From NCBI RefSeq assembly GCF_009914755.1, contig NC_060927.1: a stretch of 64,000 nucleotides of DNA, one strand, 5' to 3'. The stretch is from the human T2T-CHM13v2.0 reference genome, Homo sapiens. Shown one piece after another: positions 32,501 to 47,864 of the stretch. The notes under the pieces are model-generated. The model was given only the letters and a program-made list of their open reading frames with translations. It ran no database searches and was not told where the DNA came from. The translations under genes were made by a program, and so were the position numbers. How positions within the stretch are numbered: the stretch's first letter is position 1; each line of letters opens with the position of its first letter.

Positions 32501-35500
32501 CATAAAATATGAAATTACATCAAATATATATTATATTAGGTACATAAAATACGAAAGTACATCAAATATAGATTATATACTGTACATAAAATATCAAAGT
32601 ACCCCAATATATATTATATACTGTACATGAAATATCAAAGTTCACAAACTATATATTATGTACTGTACATAAAATATCAAAGTACCCAAGGTATATATTC
32701 TATACTGTACAAAAAATATCAAAGTACCCAAAGCATGTATTATATAATGTACATAAAATATGAAAGTACATCAAATATATATTTTATTCTGTACATAAAA
32801 TATCAAAGTACACCAGATATATATTCTATAGCGTACATAAAATATCAAAGTACACGAACTATACATTATATACTGTACATAAAATATGAAATTACATCAA
32901 ATATATATTATATTAGGTAAATGAAATATGAAAGTACATCAAATATAGATTATATACTGTACATAAAATATGAAAGTACCCCAAATATATATTATATACT
33001 CTACATGAAATATCAAAGTTCACAAACTATATATTATATACTGTACATAAAATATCAAAGTACCCAAGGTATATATTCTATACTGTACAAAAAATATCAA
33101 AGTATCCAAAGCATGTATTATATACTGTATATAAAATATGAAAGTACATCAAATATATATTTTATTCTGTACATAAAATATCAAAGTACACCAGATATAT
33201 ATTCTATAGCGTACATAAAATATCAAAGTACACAAACTATACATTATATACTGTACATAAAATATGAAATTACATCAAATATATATTATATTAGGTACAT
33301 AAAATATGAAAGTACATCAAATATAGATTATATACTGTAAATATAATATCAATGTACCCCAAATATATATTTTATACTCTACCTGAAATATCAAAGTTCA
33401 CAAACCATATATTATATACTGTACATAAAATATCAAAGTACCCAAGGTATATATTCTATACTGTACAAAAAATATCAAAGTACCCAAAGCATGTATTATA
33501 TACTGTACATAAAATATGAAAGTACATCAAATATATATTTTATTCTGTACATAAAATATCAAAGTACACCAGATATATATTCTATAGCGTACATAAAATA
33601 TCAAAGTACCCAAACTATACATTATATACTGTACATAAAATATGAAATTACATCAAATATATATTATATTAGGTAAATGAAATATGAAAGTACATCAAAT
33701 ATAGATTATATACTGTACATAAAATATGAAAGTACCCCAAATATATATTATATACTCTACATGAAATATCAAAGTTCACAAACTATATATTATATACTGT
33801 ACATAAAATATCAAAGTACCCAAGGTATATATTCTATACTGTACAAAAAATATCAAAGTATCCAAAGCATGTATTATATACTGTATATAAAATATGAAAG
33901 TACATCAAATATATATTTTATTCTGTACATAAAATATCAAAGTACACCAGATATATATTCTAATGTGTACATAAAATATCAAAGTACCCAAACTATACAT
34001 TATATACTGTACATAAAATATGAAATTACATCAAATATATATTATATTAGGTACATAAAATACGAAAGTACATCAAATATAGATTATATACTGTACATAA
34101 AATATCAAAGTACCCCAATATATATTATATACTGTACATGAAATATCAAAGTTCACAAACTATATATTATGTACTGTACATAAAATATCAAAGTACCCAA
34201 GGTATATATTCTATACTGTACAAAAAATACCAAAGTACCCAAAGCATGTATTATATAATGTACATAAAATATGGAAGTACATCAAATATATATTTTATTC
34301 TGTACATAAAATATCAAAGAACACCAGACATATATTCTATAGTGTACATAAAATATCAAAGTACCCAAACTATACATTATATACTGTACATAAAATATGA
34401 AATTACATCATATATATATTAGGTACATAAAATATGAAAGTACATCAAATATATATTTTATTCTGTACATAAAATATCAAAGTACACCAGATATATATTC
34501 TATAGTGTACATAAAATAACAAAGTACACAAACTATAAATTATATACTGTACATAAAATATGAAATTACATCAAATATATATTAGGTACATAAAATATGA
34601 AAGTACATCAAATATAGATTATATACTGTACATATAATATCAATGTACCCGAAATATATATTTTATACTCTACATGAAATATCAAAGTTCACAAACCATA
34701 TATTGTATACTGCACATAAAATATCAAAATACCCAATGTATATATTCTATACTGTACAAAAAATATCAAAGTACCCAAAGCAGGTATTATATACTGTACA
34801 TAAAATATGAAAGTACATCAAATATATATTTTATTCTGTACATAAAATATCAAAGTACACCAGATATATATTCTATAGTGTACATAAAATATCAAAGTAC
34901 CAAAACTATACATTATATACTGTACATAAAATATGAAATTACATCAAATATATATTATATTAGGTAAATAAAATACGAAAGTACATCAAATATAGATTAT
35001 ATACTGTACATAAAATATCAAAGTACCCCAATATATATTATATACTGTATATGAAATATCAAAGTTCACAAACTATATATTATATACTGTACATAAAATA
35101 TCAAAGTACCCAAGGTATATATTCTATAGTGTACAAAAAATATCAAAGTACCCAAAGCATGTATTATATACCGTACATAAAATATAAAATTACATCAAAT
35201 ATATATTTTATTCTGTACATAAAATATCAAAGTACACCAGATATATATTCTATAGTGTACATAAAATATCAAAGTACCCAAACTATACATTATACACTGT
35301 ACATAAAATATGAAATTACATCAAATATATATTCGGTACATAAAATATGAAAGTACATCAAATATAGATTATATACTGTAAATATAATATCAATGTACCC
35401 CAAATATATATTTTATACTCTACATGAAATATCAAAGTTCACAAACCATATATTATATACTGTACATAAAATATCAAAGTACCCAAGGTATATATTCTAT

Positions 35501-38500
35501 ACTGTACAAAAAATATCAAAGTACCCAAAGCATGTATTATATACTGTACATAAAATATGAAAGTACATCAAATATATATTTTATTCTGTACATAAAATAT
35601 CAAAGTACACCAGATTTATATTCTATAGTGTACATAAAATATCAAAGTACCCAAACTATACATTATATACTGTACATAAAATATGAAATTACATCAAATA
35701 TATATTATATTAGGTACATGAAATATGAAAGAACATCAAATATAGATTATATACTGTACATAAAATATGAAAGTACCCCAAATATATATTATATACTCTA
35801 CATGAAATATCAAAGTTCACCAACTATATATTATATACTGTACATAAAATATCAAAGTACCCAAGGTATATATTGTATACTGTACAAAAAATATCAAAGT
35901 ATCCAAAGCATGTATTATATACTGTATATAAAATATGAAAGTACATCAAATATATATTTTATTCTGTACATAAAATATCAAAGTACACCAGATATATATT
36001 CTATAGTGTACATAAAATATCAAAGTCCCCAAACTATACATTATATACTGTACATAAAATATGAAATTACAGCAAATATATATTATATTAGGTACATAAA
36101 ATATGAAAGTACATCAAATATAGATTATATACTGTACATTAAATACCAAAGTACCCCAAATATATATTTTATACTGTACATGAAATATCAAAGTTCACAA
36201 ACTATATATTATATACTGTACATAAAATATCAATGTACCCAAGGTATATATACTATACTGCACAAAAAATATCAAAGTACCCAAAGCATGTATTGTATAC
36301 TGTATATAAAATATGAAAGTACATCAAATATATATTTTATTCTGTACATAAAATATAAAAGTACACCAGATATATATTCTATAGTGTACATAAAATATCA
36401 AAGTACCGAAACTATACATTATATACTGTACATAAAATATGAAATTACATCAAATATATATTATATTAGGTACATAAAATACGAAAGTACATCAAAAATA
36501 GATTATATACTGTACATAAAATACCAAAGTACCCCAATATATATTATATACTGTACATGAAATATCAAAGTTCACAAACTATATATTATGTACTGTACAT
36601 AAAATATCAAAGTACCCAAGGTATATATTCTATACTGTACAAAAAATATCAAAGTACCCAAAGCATGTATTATATACTGTACATAAAATATGAAAGTACA
36701 TCAAATATATATTTTATTCTGTACATAAAATATCAAAGTACACCAGATATATATTCTATAGTGTACATAAAATATCAAAGTACCCAAACTATACATTATA
36801 TACTGTACATAAAATATGAAATTACATCATATATATATTAGGTACATAAAATATGAAAGTACATCAAATATATATTTTATTCTGTACATAAAATATCAAA
36901 GTACACCAGATATATATTCTATAGTGTACATAAAATAACAATGTACACAAACTATAAATTATATACTGTACATAAAATATGAAATTACATCAAATATATA
37001 TTAGGTACATAAAATATGAAAGTACATCAAATATAGATTATATACTGTACATATAATATCAATGTACCCGAAATATATATTTTATACTCTACATGAAATA
37101 TCAAAGTTCACAAACCATATATTGTATACTGCACATAAAATATCAAAATACCCAAGGTATATATTCTATACTGTACAAAAAATATCAAAGTACCCAAAGC
37201 AGGTATTATATACTGTACATAAAATATGAAAGTACATCAAATATATATTTTATTCTGTACATAAAATATCAAAGTACACCAGATATATATTCTATAGCGT
37301 ACATAAAATATCAAAGTACACAAACTATACATTATATACTGTACATAAAATATGAAATTACATCAAATATATATTATATTAGGTACATAAAATATGAAAG
37401 TACATCAAATATAGATTATATACTGTAAATATAATATCAATGTACCCCAAATATATATTTTATACTCTACATGAAATATCAAAGTTCACAAACCATATAT
37501 TATATACTGTACATAAAATATCAAAGTACCCAAGGTATATATTCTATACTGTACAAAAAATATCAAAGTACCCAAAGCATGTATTATATACTGTACATAA
37601 AATATGAAAGTACATCAAATATATATTTTATTCTGTACATAAAATATCAAAGTACACCAGATATATATTCTATAGTGTACATAAAATATCAAAGTACCCA
37701 AACTATACATTATATACTGTACATAAAATATGAAATTACATCAAATATATATTATATTAGGTAAATGAAATATGAAAGTACATCAAATATAGATTATATA
37801 CTGTACATAAAATATGAAAGTACCCCAAATATATATTATATACTCTACATGAAATATCAAAGTTCACAAACTATATATTATATACTGTACATAAAATATC
37901 AAAGTACCCAAGGTATATATTCTATACTGTACAAAAAATATCAAAGTATCCAAAGCATGTATTATATACTGTATATAAAATATGAAAGTACATCAAATAT
38001 ATATTTTATTCTGTACATAAAATATCAAAGTACACCAGATATATATTCTATAGTGTACATAAAATATCAAAGTACCCAAACTATACATTATATACTGTAC
38101 ATAAAATATGAAATTACAGCAAATATATATTATATTAGGTACATAAAATATGAAAGTACATCAAATATAGATTATATACTCTACATTAAATACCAAAGTA
38201 CCCCAAATATATATTTTATACTGTACATGAAATATCAAAGTTCACAAACTATATATTATATACTGTACATAAAATATCAATGTACCCAAGGTATATATTC
38301 TATACTGCACAAAAAATATCAAAGTACCCAAAGCATGTATTATATACTGTATATAAAATATGAAAGTACATCAAATATATATTTTATTCTGTACATAAAA
38401 TATCAAAGTACACCAGATATATATTCTATAATGTACATAAAATATCAAAGTACCCAAACTATACATTATATACTGTACATAAAATATGAAATTACATCAA

Positions 38501-41500
38501 ATATATATTATATTAGGTACATAAAATACGAAAGTACATCAAATATAGATTATATACTGTACAAAAAATATGAAAGTACCCCAATATATATTATATACTC
38601 TACATGAAATATCAAAGTTCACAAACTATATATTATGTACTGTACATAAAATATCAAACTACCCAAGGTATATATTCTATACTGTACAAAAAATATCAAA
38701 GTACCCAAAGCATGTATTATATAATGTACATAAAATATGAAAGTACATCAAATATATATTTTATTCTGTACATAAAATATCAAAGAACACCAGATATATA
38801 TTCTATAGTGTACATAAAATATCAAAGTACCCAAACTATACATTATATACTGTACATAAAATATGAAATTACATCAAATATATATTATATTAGGTACATA
38901 AAATATGAAAGTACATCAAATATAGATTATATACTGTAAATATAATATCAATGTACCCCAAATATATATTTTATACTCTACATGAAATATCAAAGTTCAC
39001 AAACCATATATTATATACTGTACATAAAATATCAAAGTACCCAAGGTATATATTCTATACTGTACAAAAAATATCAAAGTACCCAAAGCATGTATTATAT
39101 ACTGTACATAAAATATGAAAGTACATCAAATATATATTTTATTCTGTACATAAAATATCAAAGTACACCAGATATATATTCTATAGTGTACATAAAATAT
39201 CAAAGTACCCAAACTATACATTATATACTGTACATAAAATATGAAATTACATCAAATATATATTATATTAGGTAAATGAAATATGAAAGTACATCAAATA
39301 TAGATTATATACTGTACATAAAATATGAAAGTACCCCAAATATATATTATATACTCTACATGAAATATCAAAGTTCACAAACTATATATTATATACTGTC
39401 CATAAAATATCAAAGTACCCAAGGTATATATTTTATACTGTACAAAAAATATCAAAGTACCCAAAGCATGTATTATATACTATACCTAAAATATGAAAGT
39501 ACATCAAATATATATTTTATTCTGTACATAAAATATCAAAGTACACCAGATATATATTCTACAGTGTATATAAAATATCAAAGTACCCAAACTATACATT
39601 ATATACTGTACATAAAATATGAAATTACATCAAATATATATTATATTAGGTACATAAAATATGAAAGTACATGAAGTATAGATTATATACTGTACATAAA
39701 ATATCAAAGTACCCCAAATTTATATTATATACTATACATGAAATATCAAAGTTCACAAACTATATATTATATACTGTACATAAAATATCAAAGTACCCAA
39801 GGTATATATTCTATAGTGTACAAAAAATATCAAAGTACCCAAAGCATGTATTATATACCGTACGTAAAATATAAAATTACATCAAATATATATTTTATTC
39901 TGTACATAAAATATCAAAGTACACCAGATATATATACTATAGTGTACATAAAATATCAAGGTACCCAAACTATACATTATACACTGCACATAAAATATGA
40001 AATTACATCAAATATATATTAGGTACATAAAATATGAAAGTACATCAAATATAGATTATATACTGTAAATATAATATCAATGTACCCCAAATATATATTT
40101 TATACTCTACATGAAATATCAAAGTTCACAAACCATATATTATATACTGTACATAAAATATCAAAGTACCCAAGGTATATATTCTATACTGTACAAAAAA
40201 TATCAAAGTACCCAAAGCATGTATTATATACTGTACATAAAATATGAAAGTACATCAAATATATATTTTATTCTGTACATAAAATATCAAAGTACACCAG
40301 ATATATATTCTATAGTGTACATAAAATATCAAAGTACCCAAACTATACATTATATACTGTACATAAAATATGAAATTACATCAAATATATATTATATTAG
40401 GTACATGAAATTTGAAAGTACATCAAATATAGATTATATACTGTACATAAAATATGAAAGTACCCCAAATATATATTATATACTCTACATGAAATATCAA
40501 AGTTCACAAACTATATATTATATACTGTACATAAAATATCAAAGTACCCAAGGTATATATTCTATACTGTACAAAAAATATCAAAGTATCCAAAGCATGT
40601 ATTATATACTGTATATAAAATATGAAAGTACATCAAATATATATTTTATTCTGTACATAAAATATCAAAGTACACCAGATATATATTCTATAGTGTACAT
40701 AAAATATCAAAGTACCCAAACTATACATTATATACTGTACATAAAATATGAAATTACATCAAATATATATTATATTAGGTACATAAAATACGAAAGTACA
40801 TCAAATATAGATTATATACTGTAAATATAATATCAATGTACCCCAAATATATATTTTATACTCTACATGAAATATCAAAGTTCACAAACCATATATTATA
40901 TACTGTACATAAAATATCAAAGTACCCAAGGTATATATTCTATACTGTACAAAAAATATCAAAGTACCCAAAGCATGTATTATATACTATACCTAAAATA
41001 TGAAAGTACATCAAATATATATTTTATTCTGTACATAAAATATCAAAGTACACCAGATATATATTCTACAGTGTACATAAAATATCAAAGTACCCAAACT
41101 ATACATTATATACTGTACATAAAATATGAAATTACATCAAATATATATTATATTAGGTACATAAAATACGAAAGTACATCAAATATAGATTATATACTGT
41201 ACATAAAATATCAAAGTACCCCAATATATATTATATACTGTACATGAAATATCAAAGTTCACAAACTATATATTATGTACTGTACATAAAATATCAAAGT
41301 ACCGAAGGTATATATTCTATACTGTACAAAAAATATCAAAGTACCCAAAGCATGTATTATATAATGTACATAAAATATGAAAGTACATCAAATATATATT
41401 TTATTCTGTACATAAAATATCAAAGTACACCAGATATATATTCTATAGCGTACATAAAATATCAAAGTACACAAACTATACATTATATACTGTACATAAA

Positions 41501-42490
41501 ATATGAAATTACATCAAATATATATTATATTAGGTAAATGAAATATGAAAGTACATCAAATATAGATTATATACTGTACATAAAATATGAAAGTACCCCA
41601 AATATATATTATATACTCTACATGAAATATCAAAGTTCACAAACTATATATTATATACTGTACATAAAATATCAAAGTACCCAAGGTATATATTCTATAC
41701 TGTACAAAAAATATCAAAGTATCCAAAGCATGTATTATATACTGTATATAAAATATGAAAGTACATCAAATATATATTTTATTCTGTACATAAAATATCA
41801 AAGTACACCAGATATATATTCTATAGCGTACATAAAATATCAAAGTACACGAACTATACATTATATACTGTACATAAAATATGAAATTACATCAAATATA
41901 TATTATATTAGGTACATAAAATATGAAAGTACATCAAATATAGATTATATACTGTACATATAATATCAATGTACCCCAAATATATATTTTATACTCTACA
42001 TGAAATATCAAAGTTCACAAACCATATATTATATACTGTACATAAAATATCAAAGTACCCAAGGTATATATTCTATACTGTACAAAAAATATCAAAGTAC
42101 CCAAAGCATGTATTATATACTGTACATAAAATATGAAAGTACATCAAATATATATTTTATTCTGTACATAAAATATCAAAGTACACCAGATATATATTCT
42201 ATAGTGTACATAAAATATCAAAGTACCCAAACTATACATTATATACTGTACATAAAATATGAAATTACATCAAATATATATTATATTAGGTAAATGAAAT
42301 ATGAAAGTACATCAAATATAGATTATATACTGTACATAAAATATGAAAGTACCCCAAATATATATTATATACTCTACATGAAATATCAAAGTTCACAAAC
42401 TATATATTATATACTGTACATAAAATATCAAAGTACCCAAGGTATATATTCTATACTGTACAAAAAATATCAAAGTATCCAAAGCATGTA
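23050..42490 (+). repeat. ~10.9-kb-period tandem duplication (offset 10884, dropping to 10506 after a one-HOR indel); ends approximate
   Basis: Pairs 23254/34138, 23790/34674, 24167/35051, 24540/35424, 25673/36557, 26209/37093, 26881/37765, 27720/38604, 28854/39738, 29227/40111 (10884); then 30361/40867, 30738/41244, 31494/42000 (10506). Confidence 0.87.
30361..33950 (+). repeat. 1889-bp (5-HOR) tandem duplication, about 2 copies
   Basis: 30361/32250, 30738/32627, 31032/32921 and 31788/33677 are offset by 1889 = 5x378-1. Confidence 0.8.
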
Positions 42491-45400
42491 TTATATACTG
42501 TATATAAAATATGAAAGTACATCAAATATATATTTTATTCTGTACATAAAATATCAAAGTACACCAGATATATATTCTATAGTGTACATAAAATATCAAA
42601 GTACCCAAACTATACATTATATACTGTACATAAAATATGAAATTACAGCAAATATATATTATATTAGGTACATAAAATATGAAAGTACATCAAATATAGA
42701 TTATATACTCTACATTAAATACCAAAGTACCCCAAATATATATTTTATACTGTACATGAAATATCAAAGTTCACAAACTATATATTATATACTGTACATA
42801 AAATATCAATGTACCCAAGGTATATATTCTATACTGCACAAAAAATATCAAAGTACCCAAAGCATGTATTATATACTGTATATAAAATATGAAAGTACAT
42901 CAAATATATATTTTATTCTGTACATAAAATATCAAAGTACACCAGATATATATTCTATAGTGTACATAAAATATCAAAGTACCCAAACTATACATTATAT
43001 ACTGTACATAAAATATGAAATTACATCAAATATATATTATATTAGGTACATAAAATACGAAAGTACATCAAATATAGATTATATACTGTACATAAAATAT
43101 GAAAGTACCCCAATATATATTATATACTCTACATGAAATATCAAAGTTCACAAACTATATATTATGTACTGTACATAAAATATCAAACTACCCAAGGTAT
43201 ATATTCTATACTGTACAAAAAATATCAAAGTACCCAAAGCATGTATTATATAATGTACATAAAATATGAAAGTACATCAAATATATATTTTATTCTGTAC
43301 ATAAAATATCAAAGAACACCAGATATATATTCTATAGTGTACATAAAATATCAAAGTACCCAAACTATACATTATATACTGTACATAAAATATGAAATTA
43401 CAGCAAATATATATTATATTAGGTACATAAAATATGAAAGTACATCAAATATAGATTATATACTGTACATTAAATACCAAAGTACCCCAAATATATATTT
43501 TATACTGTACATGAAATATCAAAGTTCACAAACTATATATTATATACTGTACATAAAATATCAATGTACCCAAGGTATATATTCTATACTGCACAAAAAA
43601 TATCAAAGTACCCAAAGCATGTATTATATACTGTATATAAAATATGAAAGTACATCAAATATATATTTTATTCTGTACATAAAATATCAAAGTACACCAG
43701 ATATATATTCTATAGTGTACATAAAATAACAAAGTACACAAACTATAAATTATATCCTGTACATAAAATATGAAATTACATCAAATATATATTAGGTACA
43801 TAAAATATGAAAGTACATCAAATATAGATTATATACTGTACATTAAGTACCAAAGTACACCAAATATATATTTTATTCTGTACATAAAATATCAAAGTAC
43901 ACCAGATATATATTCTATAGTGTACATAAAATATCAAAGTACCCAAACTATACATTATATACTGTACATAAAATATGAAATTACATCAAATATATATTAT
44001 ATTAGGTAAATGAAATATGAAAGTACATCAAATATAGATTATATACTGTACATGAAATATGAAAGTACCCCAAATATATATTATATACTCTACATGAAAT
44101 ATCAAAGTTCACAAACTATATATTATATACTGTACATAAAATATCAAAGTACCCAAGGTATATATTCTATACTGTACAAAAAATATCAAAGTATCCAAAG
44201 CATGTATTATATACTGTATATAAAATATGAAAGTACATCAAATATATATTTTATTCTGTACATAAAATATCAAAGTACACCAGATATATATTCTATAGTG
44301 TACATAAAATATCAAAGTACCCAAACTATACATTATATACTGTACATAAAATATGAAATTACAGCAAATATATATTATATTAGGTACATAAAATATGAAA
44401 GTACATCAAATATAGATTATATACTCTACATTAAATACCAAAGTACCCCAAATATATATTTTATACTGTACATGAAATATCAAAGTTCACAAACTATATA
44501 TTATATACTGTACATAAAATATCAATGTACCCAAGGTATATATTCTATACTGCACAAAAAATATCAAAGTACCCAAAGCATGTATTATATACTGTATATA
44601 AAATATGAAAGTACATCAAATATATATTTTATTCTGTACATAAAATATCAAAGTACACCAGATATATTTTCTATAGTGTACATAAAATATCAAAGTACCC
44701 AAACTATACATTATATACTGTACATAAAATATGAAATTACATCAAATATATATTATATTAGGTACATAAAATACGAAAGTACATCAAATATAGATTATAT
44801 ACTGTACATAAAATATGAAAGTACCCCAATATATATTATATACTCTACATGAAATATCAAAGTTCACAAACTATATATTATGTACTGTACATAAAATATC
44901 AAACTACCCAAGGTATATATTCTATACTGTACAAAAAATATCAAAGTACCCAAAGCATGTATTATATAATGTACATAAAATATGAAAGTACATCAAATAT
45001 ATATTTTATTCTGTACATAAAATATCAAAGAACACCAGATATATATTCTATAGTGTACATAAAATATCAAAGTACCCAAACTATACATTATATACTGTAC
45101 ATAAAATATGAAATTACATCAAATATATATTATATTAGGTACATAAAATATGAAAGTACATCAAATATAGATTATATACTGTAAATATAATATCAATGTA
45201 CCCCAAATATATATTTTATACTCTACATGAAATATCAAAGTTCACAAACCATATATCATATACTGTACATAAAATATCAAAGTACCCAAGGTATATATTC
45301 TATACTGTACAAAAAATATCAAAGTACCCAAAGCATGTATTATATACTGTACATAAAATATGAAAGTACATCAAATATATATTTTATTCTGTACATAATA

Positions 45401-47864
45401 TATCAAAGTACACCAGATATATATTCTATAGTGTACATAAAATATCAAAGTACCCAAACTATACATTATATACTGTACATAAAATATGAAATTACATCAA
45501 ATATATATTATATTAGGTAAATGAAATATGAAAGTACATCAAATATAGATTATATACTGTACATAAAATATGAAAGTACCCCAAATATATATTATATACT
45601 CTACATGAAATATCAAAGTTCACAAACTATATATTATATACTGTCCATAAAATATCAAAGTACCCAAGGTATATATTTTATACTGTACAAAAAATATCAA
45701 AGTACCCAAAGCATGTATTATATACTATACCTAAAATATGAAAGTACATCAAATATATATTTTATTCTGTACATAAAATATCAAAGTACACCAGATATAT
45801 ATACTATAGTGTACATAAAATATCAAAGTACCCAAACTATACATTATATACTGTACATAAAATATGAAATTACATCAAATATATATTAGGTACATAAAAT
45901 ATGAAAGTACATCAAATATAGATTATATACTGTAAATATAATATCAATGTACCCCAAATATATATTTTATACTCTACATGAAATATCAAAGTTCACAAAC
46001 CATATATTATATACTGTACATAAAATATCAAAGTACCCAAGGTATATATTCTATACTGTACAAAAAATATCAAAGTACCCAAAGCATGTATTATATACTG
46101 TACATAAAATATGAAAGTACATCAAATATATATTTTATTCTGTACATAAAATATCAAAGTACACCAGATATATATTCTATAGTGTACATAAAATATCAAA
46201 GTACCCAAACTATACATTATATACTGTACATAAAATATGAAATTACATTAAATATATATTATATTAGGTAAATGAAATATGAAAGTACATCAAATATAGA
46301 TTATATACTGTACATAAAATATGAAAGTACCCCAAATATATATTATATACTCTACATGAAATATCAAAGTTCACAAACTATATATTATATACTGTCCATA
46401 AAATATCAAAGTACCCAAGGTATATATTTTATACTGTACAAAAAATATCAAAGTACCCAAAGCATGTATTATATACTATACCTAAAATATGAAAGTACAT
46501 CAAATATATATGTTTTATTCTGTACATAAAATATCAAAGTACACCAGATATATATTCTACAGTGTATATAAAATATCAAAGTACCCAAACTATACATTAT
46601 ATACTGTACATAAAATATGAAATTACATCAAATATATATTATATTAGGTACATAAAATATGAAAGTACATGAAGTATAGATTATATACTGTACATAAAAT
46701 ATCAAAGTACCCCAAATTTATATTATATACTATACATGAAATATCAAAGTTCACAAACTATATATTATATACTGTACATAAAATATCAAAGTACCCAAGG
46801 TATATATTCTATAGTGTACAAAAAATATCAAAGTACCCAAAGCATGTATTATATACCGTACGTAAAATATAAAATTACATCAAATATATATTTTATTCTG
46901 TACATAAAATATCAAAGTACACCAGATATATATACTATAGTGTACATAAAATATCAAAGTACCCAAACTATACATTATACACTGCACATAAAATATGAAA
47001 TTACATCAAATATATATTAGGTACATAAAATATGAAAGTACATCAAATATAGATTATATACTGTAAATATAATATCAAAGTACCCCAAATATATATTTTA
47101 TACTCTACATGAAATATCAAAGTTCACAAACCATATATTATATACTGTACATAAAATATCAAAGTACCCAAGGTATATATTCTATACTGTACAAAAAATA
47201 TCAAAGTACCCAAAGCATGTATTATATACTGTACATAAAATATGAAAGTACATCAAATATATATTTTATTCTGTACATAAAATATCAAAGTACACCAGAT
47301 ATATATTCTATAGTGTACATAAAATATCAAAGTACCCAAACTATACATTATATACTGTACATAAAATATGAAATTACATCAAATATATATTATATTAGGT
47401 ACATGAAATTTGAAAGTACATCAAATATAGATTATATACTGTACATAAAATATGAAAGTACCCCAAATATATATTATATACTCTACATGAAATATCAAAG
47501 TTCACAAACTATATATTATGTACTGTACATAAAATATCAAAGTACCCAAAGTATATATTCTATACTGTACAAAAAATATCAAAGTACCCAAAGCATGTAT
47601 TATATAATGTACATAAAAGATGAAAGTACATCAAATATATATTTTATTCTGTACATAAAATATCAAAGTACACCAGATATATATTCTATAGCGTACATAA
47701 AATATCAAAGTACACAAACTATACATTATATACTGTACATAAAATATGAAATTACATCAAATATATATTATATTAGGTAAATGAAATATGAAAGTACATC
47801 AAATATAGATTATATACTGTACATAAAATATGAAAGTACCCCAAATATATATTATATACTCTAC

